Below are positions 11,466-21,989 of a DNA stretch of 64,000 bases, one piece after another. Location: positions 744,001 through 808,000 of the forward strand of contig AP024667.1 of NCBI GenBank assembly GCA_024346625.1, read 5' to 3'. The notes under the pieces are model-generated. The model had not been told where the DNA came from and did no database searches. It was given only the letters and a program-made list of their open reading frames with translations. Position numbers and translations under genes: made by a program. How positions within the stretch are numbered: the first letter of the stretch is position 1; each line of letters begins with the position of its first letter. This DNA comes from Williopsis jadinii (taxonomy: Eukaryota).

Positions 11466-12170
11466 ATGAGCAGCTTCGCTTCTGTTAGATCACAGGCCGT
11501 GTCCTTGGAAACACAGGCGTCTGGGCTGTTGTCCAAGTATTCGTCGTATGCTCTAAGCACATCGAGCGAAGCAACGGGTGAGGAGACTAAGCTGGAGAAG
11601 AAGATCGAGCAGACGTTGCACAAGGTGAGTAAGTGCCACTGCGATGGTATCAGTGTACTAACAACGTGTGTGCTCTAGAGTGAGGAGGTTCTCGACTCAC
11701 TGTCTCGTATCTCCGATAGCACCCCATCGCTTCCAACGGTGAAGCTTCAACAGCTCACACGTCACAAGGAGATCCTTCAGGACAATTGGCGCCAGTTTGG
11801 TAAGATCAGGTCGACGATCTTGTCTGAGCGTAACAAGATCAATCTGCTGTTCAACGTTCAGTCGTCCATTGACGACCGTAAGAACAGGCCTGTGGATGAA
11901 ATGGACTATACCAACGAGGAATCTCAGAGGGCCAATGCCCTGAACAACATTGCTGATGATCTGATCAGTAGGGCGTACGAAACAAGGGACAACCTATTGG
12001 CGCAGAGATCCACATTACAAAGTGCTGGCACACGTTTGACCAATACGCTGAGTACAATCCCAGGAGTTAACGTGTTGATCTCGAAGATCAACACCAGAAG
12101 AAAGCGTGATGCACTGATTCTAGCAACTCTCATCGCCGTGTGTATTGTTCTTTTGTTCTTCACGTGGTGA
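11466..12170 (+). CDS. GOS1: Golgi Qb-SNARE. Exon 1 11466-11624, intron 11625-11678, exon 2 11679-12170
   Basis: MSSFASVRSQAVSLE..., KLQQLTRHKEILQD, IPGVNVLISKINTRRKRDALIL and C-terminal TM; intron GTGAGT...TACTAAC...TAG joins the two ORFs in frame. Confidence 0.93.
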
Positions 12171-12217
12171 TTGTACATACAGTAATACGAGGAAGTTATG
12201 TATTCACAGCTCTCTGA

Positions 12218-14716
12218 TTAGAATCCACGCCGTCTTCTTCCCTTGGTGACACCGACGGAAACAACAGAAGATTTCTTCTTCTTGGTGCTCTTCTGGAGTT
12301 CCAACTCTTTATCAGCTTCCCATTTCCTCTTATCACGTTCTAGTATCTCCTCGATAACCCTCTTCCGGGTAGTCTCTTCGCCCTTCTTCTGCCTGATGGA
12401 ATAGAACACTGAGCCATACTCTGCAAGCCACAGAGGATCAACAGCTGTAACCACCGAGATGTACTCCCTAGAGGTCAACATCAACTCGTGATAGACCACA
12501 TAATCCGGGAGGTCATTGGCTCCGTAAAGAGCAGACGTTGGGTGTAGCACCAACTTCATTCCTGTTCTCAAATTCACAAAGTTCTGCAACCCTTCTCTCT
12601 TTGCAGCCTGGTAAAAGTAGCCAGAGGCTATACACTCTCTAACAACGTCCCAGTCATATCCATTAGACACAACAGGCAGATTGTTCTTCTCCATGATCCC
12701 CTCCAGCTGTTCCTTGATCTCTTTGGCCTTTCTCAGAGACTTGGGATTCAGAAACCTTTGCTTGCACCACCAATCACTGAACTTCTTCTGTTGCCATTGG
12801 TTATATACGTTCAGCAAGGTCAAGTGGTCAGATTCGGGCACAGAGAAGTGTTCGTGAGCCTTGTCAGCCTCATCCTGTCGCTCTCTGGGACGAATAAACA
12901 CGGAAGGAACAGAGAGCATGGACACTATGGTGACCATCTCCTTGGAACAGCTCTTCTTCGCAGATGTGAGTAGAAGCTTCGATAATGACGGTACAAGGGG
13001 AAACTTGGACATCTGGGAGCCAAGTGGAGTCAGTTTGCCAAAGTTGTCTAAGGCACCGATTGACCATAGCTCATATAACGAGCTCATGACGGTTTCTCTT
13101 GGAGGTGGATCTAAGAAGGGGAATTTGATCAGATCATCAATTCCCAAGGTCTTGAGCAATAAAAGCGTATTGGCCAAGTTGGTTCGTTGAATCTCTGGGA
13201 TTTGCTGTGGATACATTTCTTGAAGTGCAGCTCTCTCAGTATAGAGCCTATAGCAGGAGCCATGGCTTGTACGACCAGCTCTACCTGATCTTTGGTTGGC
13301 ATTGGCAAGAGCAACTGGCGTGATTAACAAGCTCTCCATTCCAAGTTTTGCGTTGTAAACCTTCATCTTACAAAACCCAGTATCTATCACAAAGGAGACA
13401 CCATCAACTGTCAAGGAGGTCTCTGCAATGTTTGTTGCAACGACAACTTTTCTATGCCCTGGCAAGGCCTTTCTAAATATCTTAACCTGTTGCTCGACAG
13501 GTAATGATGAATACATAGGAAGGATATCCAGCGGTGGTGGATCGTCCAGTAGCTTCAGCTTGGTCTTCAGTAAATCACAAGTCACGTCGATATCTTCTTG
13601 ACCTGTCATGAATATCAGTATATCACCAGGTCCAGACTGTAAATGTATCGTCAATGCCTGTTTCACGGCTTGTTCAACGTAATCTTCGACGGCGTATCTA
13701 GAATGCATGATATCCACTGGGAACGTTCTGCCTGGGATAGTGAATTGTGGAGCATCTCCAAAGAACTGGGAAAACCTATCTGCGTTCATGGTGGCTGATG
13801 TTATGATCAGCTTAAGATCATTCCTCTTTGCCAGTAAATTCTTGAATAGGCCCAGTAGAACATCAGTATTGATAGTACGTTCATGAGCCTCATCCATGAT
13901 TATACAAGAGTATTCTCCCAGCTGTGAGTCTGCGAGCGTTTCCCTCAGCAGGATACCTTCAGTCATGTACTTGATCTTGGTCTTTTCGTTGGTGACGTCT
14001 TCAAATCTGATGGAGTAACCAACCTCATCACCTAAACGCACATCCATCTCTTGAGCAACACGTTTGGCGACACTCATCGCAGCAACACGACGTGGTTGAG
14101 TACACGCTATCACACCGGATTTGGAGAGCCCATCCTCGTAGAGGAACTGCGTTAGCTGAGTCGTCTTACCAGAACCTGTCTCACCTATAATGATACAAAC
14201 TTGGTTGTCTCTTATGAGCTTCAACAGACTGTCTCTACACGAGTACGCTGGAAGAGACCTTCTTTGCTCCTGTATACTTTCAAAGCTTTGTTGTTCCTCA
14301 GCCGCAACTTCCTCTTGCTCAACTCGCTGCTCCTGTTTCTCCTGCTGATCCAGCCCAATGGTCTTCCCGATGGCTGTTCCTCTTAAACTTGTAGCGTCCT
14401 TCGCCTTGGTTTTACGCTCACGCTCTTGTCTTTGCTGAGCCACCACATGCGAGCCACGCTTCGCCTCCAAGGCCAGCTCGCCTTGAGGGTCCCTCACCGG
14501 ACTGATGGGGTCCTTCTGTTTCGTGAAGATATGTCCATCACCTTCTAAGAACGCCGGAGTCAAGTGATGAGTAGTTAACTGTACCACGGGTTCAGAACCC
14601 TGCTCAAAGTCAGTGTCAACCATCCCACGCTGGATGGTCCCCGCGGACTGCAATCTATTCAGCTCCCATCTCTCATTCTCATTGCTTCTTGGAGGTCTAT
14701 TTCTCTTCCTGAACAT
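12218..14716 (-). CDS. PRP16: DEAH-box splicing helicase Prp16
   Basis: GETGSGKTTQL, TQPRRVAAMSVAKRVA, MDEAHER, SATMNA, QRSGRAGRT, ESDHLTLLNVY, LHPTSALYG; N-terminal NERWELNRL segment typical of Prp16/DHX38. Confidence 0.92.
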   Translation of the reverse strand: MFRKRNRPPRSNENERWELNRLQSAGTIQRGMVDTDFEQGSEPVVQLTTHHLTPAFLEGDGHIFTKQKDPISPVRDPQGELALEAKRGSHVVAQQRQERERKTKAKDATSLRGTAIGKTIGLDQQEKQEQRVEQEEVAAEEQQSFESIQEQRRSLPAYSCRDSLLKLIRDNQVCIIIGETGSGKTTQLTQFLYEDGLSKSGVIACTQPRRVAAMSVAKRVAQEMDVRLGDEVGYSIRFEDVTNEKTKIKYMTEGILLRETLADSQLGEYSCIIMDEAHERTINTDVLLGLFKNLLAKRNDLKLIITSATMNADRFSQFFGDAPQFTIPGRTFPVDIMHSRYAVEDYVEQAVKQALTIHLQSGPGDILIFMTGQEDIDVTCDLLKTKLKLLDDPPPLDILPMYSSLPVEQQVKIFRKALPGHRKVVVATNIAETSLTVDGVSFVIDTGFCKMKVYNAKLGMESLLITPVALANANQRSGRAGRTSHGSCYRLYTERAALQEMYPQQIPEIQRTNLANTLLLLKTLGIDDLIKFPFLDPPPRETVMSSLYELWSIGALDNFGKLTPLGSQMSKFPLVPSLSKLLLTSAKKSCSKEMVTIVSMLSVPSVFIRPRERQDEADKAHEHFSVPESDHLTLLNVYNQWQQKKFSDWWCKQRFLNPKSLRKAKEIKEQLEGIMEKNNLPVVSNGYDWDVVRECIASGYFYQAAKREGLQNFVNLRTGMKLVLHPTSALYGANDLPDYVVYHELMLTSREYISVVTAVDPLWLAEYGSVFYSIRQKKGEETTRKRVIEEILERDKRKWEADKELELQKSTKKKKSSVVSVGVTKGRRRRGF

Positions 14717-15813
14717 CCTCTGTAGCTGGGCTAGTGCAGCGATACCGCGTCACGAAGAGCTGCTAGTAGTGCTTCCTCTTCAACACTAAAAGGCCCTTTG
14801 TAGGAGCACGATATACTGTGTCCCCTACCGATGATGAGCCGGAGAGTTCCGAGGCCCCGGCTCAACCGACCCTATCGGCCTCACATTGTGCTATGTAATG
14901 GAGGACTTCACACACATTGATCGCCGTAGATGTCTGTGAAACGGTGTACTTTCATGGTGGGTTGGTGATTTTGTTGCTGCTGTGCTGGTTGCTCACCCAG
15001 CAAGTCCAATATCAACACACTGTACTGCTAACCAAACCCTGGAATAGGTGTAATGAGGCCAGCCGTCTTACAGACACCACCGTCAAGATGAAAGGCGTAG
15101 ATTGTAGAGGAGCTACGTATGGTTGCCTTCCATCCTTCAGGAAGCCGATTCTTTGCCCTGTTCACACGTTGCTGCTCCTGAGCATTGGTCTTCCAGTGCA
15201 GCCAACCCGCTTACGGAGACTCCGAAGGTACATGTGCTGCTACATCTGTCATTAAGCGACGTTACACCTTGATTCGGAAGTTATGTTGAGTCCAATGGTG
15301 TAAGATCTCGGATATTACCCATAAGGGCTAACATTCCCAACGTTCGTGCATTGCTTGACCGGTAATTGCCATGGTTTGTGTCAGTGCAAGCAACATGATT
15401 CGTTATCTATGATTTTTCTTTCTCTATCTCTTATCAGCCAGGGGGGAAGGAAGCAGGAAGGAGCAGATGAGCGATTTCCAAAACTTTTGAAGGTGTCTCT
15501 GATCCACGGAATTCGAAAGATTACTATGGCATTGGCTGTTAGCCCTGTGCTTTTTGGAACAATGGATGCATCATAACTATCGTATAGGCTTCATAACCAT
15601 CACATTGTGCATGTGTTGACAATGAAGGCTGGAAAAACACACCTAAAACAGCAGAGTGAAGCTAACAGAAGGACACTACGGCTCGCAACAGATGTGTCAT
15701 CTTCAATGAATATTGTTTAACATTCCTTCATAAAAGCTAAATTAGTATACGAGGTAGTGTTCTCGTTTCGGCATAAATAATGTGATGGTGTCTACTTAGA
15801 CAACAGCATGGCT

Positions 15814-16986
15814 TCAAAACTCCATCTTCAGCCAGTCATAGTTGTCCTTGGTTCCCTCTATGTTTGTAGTATCTAGGTCGTGGCGTGGCATTTGGGTACC
15901 AGACGTCGATGGACTTTTCAAATTCAAGTTCCATGGTTGGTTAGAGGGATCCGTAAGCAGAGGCCCCATATCTAGGTCCAGACTGACTGCGCCGTTGAAA
16001 TCCAAAAAGTCATCCATTGCAATGTCTGGCTCGCTGACACTGGATACAGAGTGAGATTTGTTGTTACCCATGAGTCCAGGTAGGGATGAGCTGAGTTCGC
16101 TGCTCGTCGCCGTCATGCAGTGACTCTGATGTGGTGTATTGGTGGAAGCTTTGGAGTATGGTGTCGCTACCGTCGAGTTTGTATATGGTGACAGTGCGTT
16201 TGATGAGAAGATGTTGGATTGTGGTTGCTGTGACTGTTGTTGTGCTTGATGTTGCTGTAGTTGCTGTAGTTTCTGATTGGCCAGCGTCTGCTTGTTTGAA
16301 ACGGGTCTGATAACCCCATGTAGCTTGTAAAACAGTCCACAGGCATTGCAGAGCACCTCGCCGTTCGAGGAGCGTCTCCATAGAGGTGTTGACGTTGTGG
16401 AGCAGTTCGAGCAGGAGATCGTCTTATCCCGCTGATCGTGCGGTCTCTGCCTCTGCTGCTCTAAAAGCTTTATGTTTGACAGTGAAGACGACAATCTCGA
16501 CGTTGCCGATTGTGTCTTGCTGAACGAAGAGGCAAACGACGCCTGAACCGCCGGAATGCTCACCTGTGGTTGCTGGTAGTACTCATCCTGTGATATTCTA
16601 CGGATGTGTGCCACGTAGTCAAACTCCTCCATATTTGTATCCAGTACCTTGCTGTTGTTCTTCTTCTCCGACTCGCCCTCTAACCGTCCCACAACCTGAT
16701 CCACAACCTTCTTCTTCAACGCCTGCTTCTTCTGGTCAGCAGCTCTCTTCGACACTTTGGTCATGTGCTTCGCAGAGCTCAGCGACGACAGCCGCCAGGA
16801 AAAGTTCTTCACTCTCTTCGCCTCTGGCATCGACTTGAAAGCCATTGTGGAGTACATCGAGTGTATCTGTTCACTCGTCATCGGGTCCTTCACCAGCTTC
16901 GCCAGCGCGTGGTCCATATCCGTAGGGTGCGTATACTGAAACGAGTCAAGGATCTTGCTCAAGTCCTCTTGTAGATTCAATCCCAT
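15814..16986 (-). CDS. GAT1: Nitrogen-regulatory GATA zinc-finger factor (Gat1/AreA-like)
   Basis: N-terminal RVKNFSWR (AreA-type N-terminal motif), finger [14 protein letters not shown]...[14 protein letters not shown]-terminal YDWLKMEF resembling the AreA/Gat1 WL tail; exact ortholog uncertain. Confidence 0.7.
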   Translation of the reverse strand: MGLNLQEDLSKILDSFQYTHPTDMDHALAKLVKDPMTSEQIHSMYSTMAFKSMPEAKRVKNFSWRLSSLSSAKHMTKVSKRAADQKKQALKKKVVDQVVGRLEGESEKKNNSKVLDTNMEEFDYVAHIRRISQDEYYQQPQVSIPAVQASFASSFSKTQSATSRLSSSLSNIKLLEQQRQRPHDQRDKTISCSNCSTTSTPLWRRSSNGEVLCNACGLFYKLHGVIRPVSNKQTLANQKLQQLQQHQAQQQSQQPQSNIFSSNALSPYTNSTVATPYSKASTNTPHQSHCMTATSSELSSSLPGLMGNNKSHSVSSVSEPDIAMDDFLDFNGAVSLDLDMGPLLTDPSNQPWNLNLKSPSTSGTQMPRHDLDTTNIEGTKDNYDWLKMEF

Positions 16987-17610
16987 CTTCAACAGCTCTT
17001 CAACAGTTCTTCAACAGTACTCTCTCTTGTGATCTCCTAAAGGGGTGCAATATGACACTCAAACGGACAACAAAACAAACGCTTACAGTCTAAGCTGAGT
17101 ATCCAGTACGAGAAAACAGCAGTCACACAAGGCCTCTGTGCTGTTTGTTCTCCTCCTCCCCGTTGGCAACGCCTAAACAATGTGCTTATAACAAGAGGGG
17201 AAAGCCTGTGCCTGTGTGCCCATCTGACTCAAAACTGGCACTTTGTTACTTTTTGAACTGTTTCCCCTTCCGCGCACTACCCAGGCCTGCGCGGCAAACC
17301 GATGAGTGTGCGTTTTTAGGCTGCAAAGACCGTTCGGGCCCTTTGTTCCAAAGGAAAATTTTCGCCCTTTCGCAGCGCTGAGAGGCCGGAGCCAGGCTGC
17401 TATCAACGGTAAGGGCAGCGGTCGCGAAGCACGAGCCGCCTGAGTTTGTTCTCGACCAATGAAAAGGGGGGATTTATGAGCTATCTAAGCTCGGCCTTAT
17501 CTGTATCTGTTGGGATGTTTATCGGGCAAAGCCTTTTTGGGCTATCACCGGTATGGGAAGTTTTAGGGCAGGAGGTCTTCTGCCTTCTTCAGCCCTCCCG
17601 GCAGCCGGAG

Positions 17611-17946
17611 TGGAACCAGCGTGTTGGAACCAGCGTGTTGGAGCCAACGGTTGCCGGTTGCGGCTCTGGCCCAGCGTGCGTGTGTTTCACTCTCATTGGA
17701 CTGGCAAACCAGCACTGGTTGGTGTGGTGAGGGGTGACATCCGGGGCACGAGGCGTGATTTTGGTGTTCGAGGAGCATGTGAGTCGCGGGCGGTGAGTGC
17801 GGTGAGCGCGGTGAGCGCGGTGATCCAGCGGGCGTGGAGCGCTGTTCAGCAGGTGGGCTTTCCTGTGGAGTGGAGGGTTGCTGTTGAATGAAGCGCTGCT
17901 ATCAAATGATCCGCTGCTATAAAATAATCCGCTGCTATCAAAGGAA
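17611..17946. repeat. Cluster of short tandem duplications upstream of the GATA factor: 14-bp TGGAACCAGCGTGT x2.5, 9-bp GCGGTGAGY x4, 18-bp CCGCTGCTATCAAATGAT-like x3
   Basis: Read directly at 17611-17645, about 17790-17823 and 17893-17946. Confidence 0.85.
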
Positions 17947-19222
17947 GCTCCCCAACTACGGTGATATCCACCTCCTCTTTGGCGGTACACGGACCACCAG
18001 GCGTGACTCGCGCGGTGCCCGTGTGTGTAGAACCATGCCTGGAGCCTCCCACTCGGTGCGCCGGCCCAGGCTCTACACGCCGGCCTCTAGCGTTCACTCT
18101 GGAGGCCCTACGTTTATGCCATGGAGTAGAGCTACTACAGGGCTTGTGGAGGAGAAACGCTGAACCGTGTGGATGACAACTTCTGCCTGCCAGTGTGCTT
18201 CGCGTACACCCTGGTCAGCTCCTGTTCCTCCCTGTCACTTGATACGTTACCAATGTTCCCTAGCCATTGACACAATGAGTCCATGGAGCCATGGCCGTCC
18301 CGGCACGGATTTTACGTAAACACACTGGCGGCGTATCAAGTGGCTAACCCACGCTCAAGTGTCATCGGTATGTTATAGCCCACACACATGTTATGTCGTC
18401 TATACAGGAGCAGTCGTACCCCCTCCCCCAGTCGAAGTCTTAAACGACGAGCTCCTGAGAAACGTGCTCCACAGCGGATCCACCCGCTGTGGAGTCCTCA
18501 AAGCAAACACACATGCTGTGAACCTCACATGTTAACCCCTAATAAAGGCCTCATCACTACCACACAGTCAGTCCAATGGCCAATCCCAAAAGAACCCTAC
18601 AGCCGTTTCAGAAGGGCACGTTTTCAGGTGTTTTACCCTTTCCGTAATAAATTGGCAGAAAGAGCGACAGTTCAACTACATAAACGACAGATCTATGTAT
18701 CTGCATTGTTGCAAAAGGTACATCGCGGGCATGTGCAGTTCAACTCCGAGCATGGGCGATGAGAATGTTAGCTATGTCTTTCTGGTGATGTTACCAATTG
18801 CCCAATTGCCAAGTTCTGTACTGGTTCAAGGTGCTACACAATGTACAGTACAGGCTGAAAAGCTTTCTTGACACTCAAGGTCGTTGATTATGACTTGGCT
18901 TGAGCTTTATTGTCTCAATATAATTCCTAATTGGTGTTGATGTGCGGTTCAAGGCAACAAAGCATCAACTTGCAGGTGTGCAATTGAGTATCAACAGGCC
19001 CACGAGGCTCCCACGTTGCACTGGGAAATGGCCCTCAGACGTATTAAGTAGGTGACGCACACCTATATGAATCTCCTATACAGGTGATAAGCAAACACTG
19101 CTCGTGAGAGATCTGCAACCACCTTATTATACGTCCAGCCCAGGGTATATAAACGTGCTCGGAGGATCTTCATCATCCCATAGATCCCGTTAACCTTGAA
19201 ATCCAAACAAGTAACCGATACC

Positions 19223-21169
19223 ATGAGATTGGCAATTCTTGCTCAATTGGCTGCTGTGTCTTTCGCTATTCCAGCAGACCTCAACAGTTTGCTGTCAGGG
19301 AACTGGCCATCAAATGGACTAGGCCCGTCAGATGAGCAGATCGTTGCTCAAACTATTCGTTCCATCAACTCTCTCTACACAAACTCTTCAAAGCTGGATA
19401 AATGCCAACAGTGTAAGGCAACACTGGACATTGGTAAGGCAATTTCCCTCACCAGACCAGACCTGGTTCCAGAGGTCTTTATTGATTGGTGTACAACGCA
19501 TAAACTGGACTCTGCTGCAAACTGTAAAACATACTACTCGAGAAATACCGTTGTGGCCTCCCGTACTGGTACGGACTTCACAAACTTGTTACAATTGATG
19601 GATCCTTTCTCATTGGATGGTGACTATCTGTGCTACTATAAGATGAAGAAGCAGTGCTCCTTGCCTGAGCTTCCAGAGATTGACCTTTCATCATGGTGGC
19701 CAGCAAAGGAAGACATTGCCAAGGTTGCACCAGCACCAGGTAATGAGACCTTTAACGTTCTCCACGTTTCAGATTTCCACATCCAGTTGGACTACGCATT
19801 GGGTTCTGAGGCAAACTGTACTACCAACGGTATGTGTTGTACCACACATACATGGAATGCTAACCAAAAACCCGATTCTGTTGACAATTCGGATCTCAAG
19901 TTCTTTGATTCTTACTATGATGAAGATGGAAATTTCCAATTGGGTGATGATGTCACATCGGATGTCTTCAACTCCAGTGTCTGGGTACCAGCACAGGAAT
20001 TCGGGGCCTACAAGTGTGATTCTCCAGAGTTGTTGATCAATTCTTCTCTGAAATCGATCGCAGCGTACCAGGAGGAGAATAATCTAGACTTTGAATTCGT
20101 CATCTTCACTGGAGACATGATCGACCATGATGAGCTGGAGCATACAAACTATAACATGACCATTGAATCTCAGGAGCTCATTATCAGAGACATGAAGAAG
20201 TACTTCAACGATACACCCGTGTACTCGGTGCTAGGTAATCACGACACATTTCCATACGGTCAGCTGGCATCTGAGGCCTCAGGCCATACCAATTTATACG
20301 ACTGGAATGAGGATCTGCTTGCAGACCTGTGGGTTGGTAACGGATGGATTCCATTTGAAGATTACCAAGAAATTAAGAAACACTATGCAGGTTTCTCTGT
20401 TGAGACTAAGCGTGGTTTAAAGGTCATTGCAATCAATTCGAACACTTACTACCAAAAGAACTATTACTCATACTGGAACATGACTGAAGATTTTGACCAG
20501 TTTGGTACTTTGAAATTTATCATAGATGAACTTTTGGAATCAGAGGCTAAGGGCCAAAGAGTTTGGTTGATGGCCCACATTCCGTTCGTCGACTACGATA
20601 CACTGCCTATTCAAGCAGAGATTTACAAGCAGCTTATTACCAGATTCTCTCCATACACCATTGCAGGCTTGTTCTTTGGACATACTCACCAAGATCAGTT
20701 CAATGTCTTGTATGCGAATGACCACAAGAGTGTGGATGATGCCATCATGAACACTTGGATCTCACAGTCAGTCACACCACTCTCCAACTATAACCCTGGA
20801 TGGAGATACTATGAGGTTGACTCGACAACATTTTCAGTCATGAACTCCTACAACTTTTATGCAAAGTTGAATGAGACTTTTGCAGACGATGGTGCTGAAC
20901 TTACCTGGGAGTTCGAGTATTCAGCTAGAGATGCCTACGATCCAGACCATAAATGGCCAGCAAATGCTCCGTTGAACGCAACCTTCTGGGCAACTGTCGC
21001 AGAGGATATCAAGGAAAGTAACTCCACGAACCAACTGTACTCCGGTTACTCTTACAGACTGTCACCTTTTGTTCCCCAATGTTCCTCCGGAGACTGTGAT
21101 ACCAACTACTGTTATGTTTCCTCGTTCAACATCAACGATTACAATAACTGTACCGCTGAGCTCGACTGA
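19223..21169 (+). CDS. Secreted acid sphingomyelinase-like metallophosphoesterase, copy 1
   Basis: Signal peptide MRLAILAQLAAVSFA, saposin-like Cys pattern, HVSDFH, FTGDMIDHD, LGNHDTFP, MAHIP, FFGHTH, SVTP..YNPGWRYY; TATATAAA at 19146. Confidence 0.92.
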   Translation: MRLAILAQLAAVSFAIPADLNSLLSGNWPSNGLGPSDEQIVAQTIRSINSLYTNSSKLDKCQQCKATLDIGKAISLTRPDLVPEVFIDWCTTHKLDSAANCKTYYSRNTVVASRTGTDFTNLLQLMDPFSLDGDYLCYYKMKKQCSLPELPEIDLSSWWPAKEDIAKVAPAPGNETFNVLHVSDFHIQLDYALGSEANCTTNGMCCTTHTWNANQKPDSVDNSDLKFFDSYYDEDGNFQLGDDVTSDVFNSSVWVPAQEFGAYKCDSPELLINSSLKSIAAYQEENNLDFEFVIFTGDMIDHDELEHTNYNMTIESQELIIRDMKKYFNDTPVYSVLGNHDTFPYGQLASEASGHTNLYDWNEDLLADLWVGNGWIPFEDYQEIKKHYAGFSVETKRGLKVIAINSNTYYQKNYYSYWNMTEDFDQFGTLKFIIDELLESEAKGQRVWLMAHIPFVDYDTLPIQAEIYKQLITRFSPYTIAGLFFGHTHQDQFNVLYANDHKSVDDAIMNTWISQSVTPLSNYNPGWRYYEVDSTTFSVMNSYNFYAKLNETFADDGAELTWEFEYSARDAYDPDHKWPANAPLNATFWATVAEDIKESNSTNQLYSGYSYRLSPFVPQCSSGDCDTNYCYVSSFNINDYNNCTAELD

Positions 21170-21989
21170 GCCAGATTTATACCCCTTTTGTTTTACTTAA
21201 ACCTCTAAAAGTATACATTTTCTTGTTATTGATTAGCTCTCATCTTCTCTGGAGTGCCCATAGTTTCTGTATTAGGAAAACACACTTTATACTACTCTCT
21301 ATATGATTCTTCCTCCCGGGAACACCGCCACCAGAGAACTAAGCATATATCCCAGCTACTGTATAACGGCACTTAATAATACGTGACGGACCGAGGGCTC
21401 TATGCTCACCTACCGTTCAGCATATCATTTAAAGGAAAGGTGTGATGGCATATCGACACATGGCTCTTTGATTGTTACTGTAGCGACGAAATATGTGTAA
21501 ACACGCAATGCAACTCTAAATGTTGGTGTCCGGATGCATTCTGGCGTCACATACGCACGTGAGCTACGAATCTGCTCATCTTCACCAAGTTCTACAGCGT
21601 ACAATAAGGAGCTTCAGGGCCTATGGGATGTCACTGATGTGCAGTTTTGCTCTGATGTTCCATCAGTGTGCCTCAAATAAGACTTATTTCCGGTGTATGG
21701 CGTAGTGTGTCAATCAATTGATCAGTTTTCCGTCAATGATTTACCCTTTGTAGCAGAGCACGTTTTCTGTACAATATCAACAAATCAGGTGCAAACTCGA
21801 AGATGATGATCATAGGCTTGCACTACCAGAAGGATTAGCATACGTGCATTTCACCATCAAACAGTGAACATTAAGAACACAGTAGGCTAGGTGGCTCCTA
21901 ATTGCTGATCAATTGGTGTAGCACTCCTTGTGTCTGTCCTCACGATATATAAATACCCAATATTCAACGCTTCGTGGAGTATTCCAATT

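Noticed and set aside
15070..15081. ACAGACACCACC as a possible telomerase RNA template
   Set aside because: Telomeric repeat not available here; no convincing Sm site or pseudoknot seen
17100..18800. Many short overlapping ORFs in GC-rich intergenic DNA (also 29200-30600, 41500-44900 and 56200-57700)
   Set aside because: No homology or motifs, mostly non-ATG starts, explained by GC content and repeats
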